Positions 28,231 to 37,997 of a DNA stretch of 64,000 nucleotides are shown one piece after another. The notes beneath the pieces are model-generated. The model searched no databases, was not told where the DNA came from, and saw only the letters and a list, made by a program, of their open reading frames with translations. The stretch lies in NCBI RefSeq assembly GCF_001194135.2, contig NC_068982.1, positions 108,176,699-108,240,698 of the forward strand, in the 5' to 3' direction. This DNA comes from Octopus bimaculoides. Taxonomy: Eukaryota. The translations under genes and the position numbers were made by a program. The number at the start of each line of letters is the position of its first letter. The first letter of the stretch is position 1.

Positions 28231-28965
28231 AAATGTGAAATACAATCAATAAATTTAAATACATTTGATGGATACTTGTTATTTAATAATAAGCATAAAT
28301 TATAGTTTTGAGTCAGAGCTTAATAAGCTATCAAGTAAAAATTCACAAGAGAGCTATGGATTTTTAATGTTTGAAATACAAGTTGTTTAATTCCTGATCA
28401 AGAAGATTTATGATCGAAGGAGTTTAGCTGCAAATGTACTATTTTTAGAGGCAATGTATCCATTACATACTAAAGTATGTAATGTGTGATTTGAAGAAAA
28501 TTTGGCTACTATTTCTGGTAGATTGCACGACTACATGAAAGTACATATTATTCCTTAGTGCTTATGTATGTGTATGAAAAGACATTAAGCAAAGTAACTT
28601 AATAATATACATGTGTATTTAAAACAAATACCTATTGTGTCAGTATTATACATGATAGTAACATTACACTGCTTTTAGTATAGGGTATACAAGATATCAT
28701 CTGACCAGCTTTAATTGCTGCAGTTTCTTTTGAAGCAAAATAATAGGAACTTGGCACCATCTCAGTCAATATGCTTTCTGAATATACCAACTTTGGCTGC
28801 ACTGAAGTAGCTCGAAAGGAATTTACTATAAACAGAATATTCAGAAGAATATTAGAACAAAACTAGTTTTAATATTTCCTATATGTGGTAAATTTTCCTG
28901 GTTTTGAATAGGTTGACTAACTACAAATCTAGATATTTGCATACATTCCTGGAGTATTTTATGAA

Positions 28966-29100
28966 TGCAGCCATGACTATGTAGTTAAGAGGCTTGCTTT
29001 GAAAACATGCAGTCTGAGTTCAATCACACAACACAGAACACTGAGTGTCTTCTAAGGCCTCAAGCCAAACAAAGCCTTGTGAGAGGATTGGTAGAACAAA
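28966..29100 (+). mobile_element. SINE family A, 5' fragment
   Basis: gtagttaagaggcttgc...aaagccttgtgagaggattggtag, followed by a (CT)n(AT)n microsatellite. Confidence 0.65.
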
Positions 29101-29131
29101 ATACATATATACATACATACAAAGAAACATA

Positions 29132-29173
<42 letters not shown>

Positions 29174-29178
29174 CATAT

Positions 29179-29218
<40 letters not shown>

Positions 29219-31499
29219 TGAATGTGTGTGTGTGTGTATCTTTGATAGTGAGGCTTGTTTACAAGTATCACATGATGTTTGACATCATGTGATATTTGTA
29301 AACAAGTGTCACTACAAAAGAAGAGATGTTTAGTTTCAATCATGCATGAAAAACATGCCTAGTCATAGGGAAAATTACCTTGTTTGGAAACAGGTGAGAG
29401 TTGGTGACAAGAAAGGCATCAGGTCATAGAAAATTTGCTTCATCTGATCCATGCTAGTATGGAACAGGAGACTTAAAATGACAATGACAATATGGGTCAG
29501 TGCTTGTGTTTATGTCATGTTATTTTATGTCCTGTGACTTAGCTGTTCAACAAATAATAGAGATGAATAAAATAAATGCAAGACTGAAATAAGTACTGGG
29601 GTCAATATGATTGACTTAACACCTGAAGTCAATGTTCTTGCATGGCTGCAATCCAAAGGCTGAAACCAGTAAATTAATATGTTTTAGGACATAATACCCA
29701 TTTTGATTTAATTTAAGATAACAACGTATCCAGGCTTGCCTTATATTATCATCTTTTGAAAGAAGTCAGCCTCAGAATTATAAACCAAATAATAAATTTC
29801 AGTTTTCTACCACTGAAGAGGTCTGTCCTTTTCCCACAAATATGAAGCAGAAACTTTTCAGCCTCTTACTAAAAGCATTGCACAACACCATTTAATAATA
29901 GATTTTAAGTGACAAAAACAAAATGGATGTAGGTATAAATATTTGACATGCATTATGTAAATAATTAATCAATCACTAACTACTAGAAATGCTTTGTGTG
30001 TTTTTTCAAGATACACACTCAACAGCATCAGAAACATCAACTCATCCAACAAAAAGTTGTTTACCTTATTGACATCTGAGAAGAATAACGAGTACACTTA
30101 GGCACTAAAACTGTTTATTTCTCTTAGAGAACCACACAGTTTAACAGTCATCTTCTATGAATAGTGTGTATGTACTGACATGTTTATATGTATTAGTATA
30201 AGTATGTTATTATTCTAATTTTTACATTTTATACACACATGTACACATATCTATAATAGTTATTCTATTACATTTTTCTCTTCTTTTAACTTGCAATGTA
30301 ATCTATGTTTGTGAACTTTATATATAATCACACTGAAGTGGGAATGTTAGCCTATGAGTGAAGGGGTCATAAACAAGGTAACTTAAATAATTAACAAAAG
30401 ATAATTGTTATGTACAAGAAATATCCAATATAATAAATATATAGTAAAACTGAGTTACTTTTTCCACAAGAGAAAAATCAACCTTCTATGAAAATGTATT
30501 TTATTAATACATAAATTGCTGAAATTGCATTTTAAAATTTATACAACTATAACTGGTAAAATATACTTGATAAGATGTTGGATTGCAATACAAAGAATCA
30601 TATAAGAATGATTTCTTTTCTTCATATGAATTATAGCTCAGTACAAAGTAAACTAGATACTGTGTGCATTAGGGGCAAAGTAAGAAAAATAAATATCAAC
30701 TAATAATAACTTATAATCTAGAATAGAACTTTTTATGAAAAAAATTATTGGTCACAACATATCAGAAGTTACAGCTAATACTTAGGATAGTTTGAATGAG
30801 GTACAAACATTTTTAAAGAAAAAAAAATCACACTACCATGTGATTACAAATTATTCATACTATTCTCTGATTATACAGCTACATCTATTTTGTTGTGTTT
30901 ATAGTTGAAAAACAGTTAATACACCATTTGAAAGAGGAGTACATGGAAGGACATATAAATGCAGCAATAGAAACTCCCAACAAATCATTAAAAAAAGGTC
31001 TTCATTATACAGAAAAATGAATTTAACTCTTAAAAAGAGGATAAACCTTGTTTAGAAATGAGCAAAGGTGTAGCAAAGTAGAAGGGATATAAAATTTCCT
31101 GATTTACAATGTTTGTTAATTAAGGAGGGGTTTCTAAAGTGGTTTTTACCTTGGGTGCTAAGAACCCTTGCTACACCCAAAAGGTGAGGGGGAGAAGAGA
31201 GGAGTATAGGCTGGATATGGTGTGCATAGTTGCTAATTTTTATTTATGGGCTAGTTAGAAAATAAAGTTAGATATTTTTGTGACCACTTAAGCTCCAAGA
31301 ACCCAGTGTTCAAGTCAGATTCTTATAACACGAGGTGAATGAAACAAAACTATTCTTTTGGATAAACTGCTGATCTATTGCAAATAACTTTCCCAGAGAA
31401 GGTATAATATCTATTTCCAGTTTGCAAAACTGTTGTGTGTTAAATTGATTACCTTCCTAGATATACATAATGCCTGCAGCATGATATATTCTGACAAAC

Positions 31500-32020
31500 C
31501 AAGAACCATCCATCTATCCAGTTTCTCTGTTCTCTATTCCTGGAAGGGTCATGGGGGTAGGAGTCCTCAGGCACCTCCTTCATAGGGTCTAATCAGAAGT
31601 AACCATCATTACATTTTCTTGATGGACTCCCAAGTGTGGCCAACTGAGATTATGGATATTATCCAACTATCTCATTCTTGGTCAACCTCTAGGTCTCCAG
31701 CTGGTTGGCCTCACTTGAAGAATCTGTCTTGTGATCCTTTCCTGCAACATTCTAATCATATGTCTGTAGTACCAGCTCAAACTGGAGAAACTCTGATCTC
31801 CAAACCATGCACTCTGTTGAGTAACATTACTCCAGAGATCCTTTAGAGAAAGCCCATTTTGGTTGCTTGTGTTTGCAATCATACTCTTCTTGTCATTACC
31901 TAACACTCATGACCATGAGTGATAGGCATGGAAACCAAACTGAAACGGTAGTCTGATATTTTATCCTCTTCACCAAGATAAAGCAGATTACTCACTAACT
32001 GGACAGCTACAAGCACCATT
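31500..32020 (-). mobile_element. Decayed RTE-clade LINE 3' portion (sense to the SAM gene)
   Basis: The minus-strand ORF 31682-31906 ends LSWYYRHMIRMLQERITRQILQVRPTSWRPRG, similar to the RTE C-terminal LRW.GHV.RM...RP.GRP motif. Upstream VQLVSNLLYLG resembles the V..FKYLG motif and HGHEC resembles YG.ECW. Confidence 0.7.
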
Positions 32021-33366
32021 TCATATAAAAGAGTTTGGTACAAGGTAAAATACACAGCAATATAATACTGGTTCCACAAGCCTGAAAAAGGCCATGTTTA
32101 TGAAAAATAAATTTCAAACAGAAAATTAAATTTGTCCTTTCGAATATTAATTTGTCAACGACATTACATATTTTTAGCTGAAATATTTGTCATCTACAGC
32201 CAAAAAATATTTCAAAAATGCTTTTAAGTAGTATAGAGTTAGTTGTTGTTTAAATATAGTCTTTTGTATTTAGCAACAAATTAAATAAACTTTAGCCGTT
32301 TAATAACAAAAAGTAGAGAAGAAATGGTTTGTAGTTAAGCTTAATGTCTAGTTTAGATTTGTCTGGACTAGTAAACTCTAAACTGTACACCAACTTAAAA
32401 TTGGTACAGTTTCTGTTTCATGGATGAACAGATATTGGAAACGGTACCAAATTTTAGAACAGTTACTTCAGAAACTATTGTAATCATGAATTTGCAAAAA
32501 CTATACAACCCATGGAGCAACAAATGTGAAAAATATATTTATTTTAATGAATAATGTTTTTAACTTTGCAATAACTACCAGGAATTTCATTTAAGCATAC
32601 TCAGAAAGAATATTTTGTTCCTTGAAGAAAAAAAAATGTAGATGAGTGGTCTATGTCGAAAAGGCTGAAACAATGCACACATCAGCTATGTCGCATATAA
32701 ATCTGTGTTGCTAAAAGCTTTGTTGGAAACCACAGAGCAAAAGAAGCACTCTCATCATGCTAAATAATATAGAAACTGAAAATGGTTTTGTTACCAGAGC
32801 ATTCTGAGAGGAAATAAATTCATCTTAACAATTCATTTAAATAAAATAAATGTTCAAGATGAGTTGAAGAAGCATGCAGTGTTTTATGAAATGAATGAAG
32901 AAAATAAATGGTTAGTAGTTAGAATACTAAATCAATCGATATTGTGGCTAGAGAAAGAAATGGTAATGCTATTTATAAAGAAAATCAAGTTTAACTGATA
33001 ATTCGGGAGGGGAAAAAAAAACACTTTTAAGTAGCCATGTGCACTGGCAAGTTGCAGGTATATTCTACTGTAATTACAGTTAGCAGTTGCTAGGATACGA
33101 AGTAATTCAGTCCAGCCTTACATGTTATTGTTCAATCTATGGAAGTAAAATTATAAACAATAGCTTATCACGAATGGGTCCACGAATTTTGAATAGGAAA
33201 CTATCTATGAACGTTATGTTGTTTTAAATACCGCCGCTAGATTTTGATCAACAAGTTTACCAATCCCAACGGCACAACTATTAAGTCAGCCTTTAAATTT
33301 ATATATATGAATTTTAAAAAAAGACTGTAGCATCTTGTATACTTTTTTTAAGTTGGTACCGCTTAC

Positions 33367-33469
33367 CTATTAAAGTCTGTCTGAGTACATGAACATTTTC
33401 CAGTATCTTTTCACAGTGTTCTTGGGCAACACCCATTCCTTGCAGCTGGTGGAGTTGAAGCTGACATAC
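33367..33469 (-). CDS. Coding exon 2 of the SAM-domain protein (C-terminal half of the SAM domain)
   Basis: Acceptor cttctcgacag|GTA and donor ATAG|gtaagc (phase 1), 103 nt. Translates VCQLQLHQLQGMGVAQEHCEKILENVHVLRQTLI-G, matching the SAM L-x2-(L/M)G(I/V)-x3-H-x2-KIL motif and completing the domain begun in exon 1. Confidence 0.88.
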
Positions 33470-35041
33470 CTGTCGAGAAGATACATTGTTCATATAGCAA
33501 CATTATAAAAGAACAAAAACAAACGACCATAAGTTATGCACATCAATCGAACGTGGTCTAAAAATTAAAAAAAAACATAAAATGTTCATATATACAACGT
33601 TAGAGAGAAAAGCTACTTCTATTCCGCTACACAACACTACTAGCAGGAAGTGAGAGTAACTACTTATTCAATGGCACATGCACTATTGCATCCCAAATCG
33701 TATAAAAAGAAAGATCACTGTCAATGAAAATCGAAGTATAGTAAATAGAGTAGAGACAGACGCAAGGAATAAATAAACTTGTGTAAATCGTCGGCAATGT
33801 CCTTGGGACCTCTCTGCAGTAAAGCTAGATTCGGAAATGTTGCAGATAGCCGCTTAATGGTTACTACTACATCGTAGTAGTAAGTGGAGGGTCTCCCCAC
33901 CTCTCCAGTCTCCAGTATACAATACTGGCACATAGCGAGAACAGAGAGAGAGAAAGAGAAAAAGAGATTGCGACGACAACAGAGCGACTGGTTGGGTGGG
34001 GTGTGATGGAGTATTTACCGAATGAGACACTTTCATCGAAGCTTCAATGTGGAATTACCAACACCACGGATCAATAAACACACACACATACACAAATATG
34101 TGCGTGCGCGCGCGTATGTTTAGATCGCGATTCGTAATAGGCTACTTTAAAATCGAGTGAAATCTTGGAGAAAACATAGCAGTTATGTTGTAAGACATTG
34201 ATCAATACGAGGGGGGAAAAAATCGAACACCAATGCCGGTCAACAATGTTTTTATTGGAAGTTAAATTGTTTCTCTGCTACTTACGACTTCGTGCTGAAT
34301 AAGAACCTTAAGTAAATAATGTTGATATAATAATGACTTCGAATTTAATAAATAGGTAGAACGAGATATGAAAGGGGGGAGGAGAGAGAGAAAAAAAAGA
34401 TAATGTACTAACTACAGATAGAGAGTAAGAGACACATCTATAATGTAACAGGCATCAATTCCACCATAGCTGCACAGATTACGAGAATCAAGCTAGACTG
34501 ATGGTTCTAAAGGAACAGATCGGTTCGTTTCTTACAGATTGACACAATAGAAAAGTATATCATAACTAAAGATTGCCACATTACTTCAATGGTGTATTAT
34601 GTTTCAGGCTAGCACCAACACAAGTAAAAAAATGTCAGTATTTAGAAGCGCTATAACGACTCGCGTTATGCTATTCAGGTCCAGATGTTTTGTTACCTTC
34701 TTAAGGTTCTTTCTCAGAAGTTCCATGATGTTGATTACAGAAGTCACTAGATTTATAAATTCGAATAAAAATATACTTTATTAGTTTCGCTAGAGTCGAC
34801 GTAAATGAAAATATTTCGCAGGGCTGGTGAAAGCAGCGACGAAAGGGTTCGGTGTCAGCAATAAAAGGGGATAACAAGACATAGGAACTAGTAAGATTGT
34901 TGTGGCGCCTCCTCTGACCCTAGCAGCCGTCACACATATATATCGCCAGCTTATTATTTTTTCATTAGAAACTACTAAGAAATCTTTTTCTATTGAACAA
35001 ACATTTACACATCTATCCAGAGATACACTTGCTGTACTTAC
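33470..35041 (-). other. Intron 1 of the SAM gene (1572 nt, GT-AG)
   Basis: Bounded by gtaagt at 35041 and ag at 33471-33470. Splicing restores the reading frame across the SAM domain. Confidence 0.85.
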
Positions 35042-35134
35042 AGACTGCAGCGTTTTAAATCCATAAGCTTCAAAAGTATCCGCGTATTGCTTGCACATAA
35101 ACGTTTCAAGCCATCTTTCCACGGGCCCGGGCAT
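35042..35134 (-). CDS. Coding exon 1 of a SAM-domain protein (N-terminal half of the SAM domain, 31 aa)
   Basis: ATG at 35134 in context aaattATGCCC. Translates MPGPVERWLETFMCKQYADTFEAYGFKTLQS and ends at a canonical donor TCT|gtaagt (phase 0). The W-L-x7-Y-x3-F-x3-G pattern is the start of a SAM fold. It joins exon 2 in frame. Confidence 0.87.
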
Positions 35135-36100
35135 AATTTATTTTTTTTTATTTGCCAGAAGAATCGTTTGGCGGGGGAAGATAAACCCCCGCTCTGGTTA
35201 TTTATTTATATTCTTAATGTTTTTTGTTGAATTTTTTTTAAGTAAGGCTTAAGTTCGGCCCTCCAGTTTTGTTGGCCAGACCTTCATTCCGTGAGCTTAA
35301 CATAATGGCTGCCTGTCACGTGACTCCAGTTTTCTCCACCTATTTCTGTCCCTTCACACCTCCCCTTCCTCACACTACCATATCTCCACTCCTCTATATC
35401 TATCACTACATTCTTCTCACCACTCCTTCTCTCCCGTTTAGAGTGCACTATTAACAAACGTTATCAACCTTTCCCCTTACGGTCCTTTACCTTTTTATGT
35501 TACCTCTCTTTCTAGTTCCTCCCTCTTCTTCTCTACCTCAACCTCATATACTTCTTATCCTTGATTAATTCCTGCGCTGTTTTACAGATTCGCTAAATGT
35601 ATTACTTACTTTTCCATCTCACTCACTCTCTACACTAAAATTCTCCGTCAATATCTATTTGACAATTCTTCTCTCTCCTCGTCTCTCTTTCCCTCAATAC
35701 TCTATCATTCCCTTACTACTTCTCTCTCTTTCTCTCTCACCCTCTCCGATTGTTATTTTTCTTTTCGCCGTTTCCCTTATTGACCTCCTTCTTTCTTACC
35801 TTTCACTCCTCCTCTCTTGACTTCTACATCACATTCTTTCTACTCTTGTCCATAATCGCTCACTCTATATACATTCTCTTTTTGTTGTTGTTCCTTTTTG
35901 CTCTTGTCTAAGTCAAGTTTCTTGCTAGAGAAACAGTTAAAAAGCAAGAGACTGACCGATCGGAGCAGGGAAAAAAAAAGAAAAAAACCTTCATACTTCT
36001 ACGGCATTTTCCTCTCCAACTGTTCGATAGAGTTACCAGAAGCTAAGTCCGTCAGCACAGCGAGGCCTGCTGTTACCTAATTTTATTTTTATACTGACTG
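35135..36100 (-). promoter_or_regulatory. 5' leader / promoter region of the SAM gene within a CpG-retaining island (about 33.1-37.5 kb)
   Basis: CpG density is visibly higher than in the flanks. Perfect palindrome GTCACGTGAC at 35315-35324 (E-box, USF/MITF-TFE CLEAR consensus). YY1-like GCAGCCATTATG on the minus strand at 35301-35312. A long pyrimidine-rich tract on the plus strand at about 35330-35900. Confidence 0.6.
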
Positions 36101-37011
36101 ACATCTTTTTTTTTTTTTTTTTCATGTTTTTGATTTTTTCTCAACAACAATCTTTTAAACTGCTTTTGATTATATTTTCTCTATATATTTAATTGGGGCT
36201 TTTTTTTTTACCCCTTCAGTTGGCAGTTGCTAACTATCGGAGTAGGCTGATCCTAACACTTTTACACTTTTCTCTGAATGCTATGGAATTTTTATATATA
36301 TATTTTTTAATCAAGGTACACCACACAAGCATTTACATACTTGTATGCAAACCATGCAAGCACACGCTCGTATCTATGGGAATGAGTAAACGTGTAATTC
36401 ATTCGGGGATCTCACTACGTAATTGTCTCTTGCGATATCTCTAACCTAAAATATTTTCCCAGTAACATCTTTATATATGTATGCCAGTACATACACACAC
36501 GTTATTGTATTTAAATGACTAAGGTTGTAGGATTTCCAAATGAAAGCAATTCAGAAAATAGAAACGATTACTCAACTTTTCACTATAATACAATGGAAAT
36601 TATAAATACCAGGTCAAAATAATAGCAAGGATATTAAAAAAAAAGCTAAGACAAGGAAATAAATTGCCATTTAATGTTATAATATATATTTTTATTAAGC
36701 GAAATCTTGAAAAGTCTAACTTATACTGTTTTAATGGTTTAATACAGTTTATTCCGTTTTTGTTTAGTTTTGTTTTTGCTTTAAATTTAGTTTTCAAAAG
36801 TTTCCTCGTAATGCTTTCCATAGAAGTTTTTTTTAATTGTATAAGCATTTTTTGCGTATTTATTTCCAAGAGGTTTTTCTTCTTTCTTCATACTGAATAT
36901 TTCCGTTTTATTGTATCGAGGGGCATGCATAGGTGAGAGAACATTCATTCTCACACAAAAATCGTGTATTGTGTGTGTACGTGCGTGCGCGCGCGTAATG
37001 TGTATTCCTAA

Positions 37012-37418
37012 AAAAAACCGTCGGAAATTTATGTAATGCGCCAAAAATCATACTTTCTTCGATGTGTATGTTCTAAACATCGTCAATTTACAAATGTGCT
37101 AAAAAAAAATTAAAAAATCTAAAATTGCGCGGTTGCACCCCCTTTTCGTAATTTTTCTGTTTTGACATTTTTTCTGAAATTGTCTCAGATGTATGTTACA
37201 AATATTTTTGGTAAATCATCTCAGATCTTTAAAATGTAAACCTGATAATTTTTCAAAACAAACTGTAAACTAAAAAAAAAAATACACAAAAAGGGGTGGT
37301 GTTCCCCGTCATTTATATTTGTTTATTTATTTTGTTCAAATTCGTAATCTACGATGCTTAAAACACACATCAAAGAAATTACGATTTTTGGCACTCTAGA
37401 TAATTTCTGGCACTGTTC
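37012..37418. mobile_element. Foldback / MITE with ~125-bp imperfect inverted arms
   Basis: gaaatt...gccaaaaatcatactttcttcgatgtgt...aaacatcgt (from 37024) pairs with acgatgcttaaaacacacatcaaagaaattacgatttttggc...aatttc (to 37407). Confidence 0.7.
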
Positions 37419-37822
37419 TTTAATAACATTATTCGTAGACACTACTTTTCAGTGTGTGTGAAAATGTGTGAGGTTGGTGGATCTCCGTCGTTCGTCGATG
37501 AGGATTTTGTTCGCTCAACTGAATTACCTACTCTTGATTTAACTTCTTATAGCCTGAGCATTCCACAGACACGTGTACTCTTAATGTCATTTGCAGGAAC
37601 AAATAAAAAACAGAAAGTGACACAATATGTGATAAGGCAGTACCTTTTGAATGGCAGGCACAATCCACCCATTAAACTGTTAGGCCCTTTCCATTTTCCT
37701 CAATTCACTCACAAGATGTACGTCAACTCAAGAGCATAGAAAATTTCTTAACCATTCAGTCATTCTACATCTATTCACACACACACGATATTTAACTCAC
37801 ATATCTGTGTGTATGTATGTGA

Positions 37823-37871
<49 letters not shown>

Positions 37872-37878
37872 AGAGTTA

Positions 37879-37997
37879 CGGAATGGAGTATGGGAAATCC
37901 CAGGCTACATATGTTTCATAGCGAGTGGAACCTCAGAAGTGGTAAAATCCAAGTGAGGTGTATAACACCAGCTACTTTTCAGGCCAAGGATATATAA
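37879..37997 (+). mobile_element. Truncated copy of the palindromic MITE at 60571-60879
   Basis: ta|cggaatggagtatgggaaatcccaggctacatatgttt...aacctcagaagtggtaa...gctacttttcaggccaaggata aligns with the left arm of the 60.6-kb element. Confidence 0.7.

Larger units (their letters stand above)
1..33366 (-). other. Probable very large intron 2 (repeat-filled; gene likely continues beyond the window start)
   Basis: Donor gtaagc at 33366. A manual scan found no convincing conserved coding exon downstream. By eye the plus strand is A-rich (U-rich on the transcript) and CpG-depleted, as expected for a methylated gene body. Weak candidate exons are listed under findings. Confidence 0.55.

Noticed and set aside
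37452-37739. 95-aa plus-strand ORF after a tttcag acceptor-like site
   Set aside because: No recognisable domain or donor. ORFs of this length are expected by chance in six frames of 64 kb.
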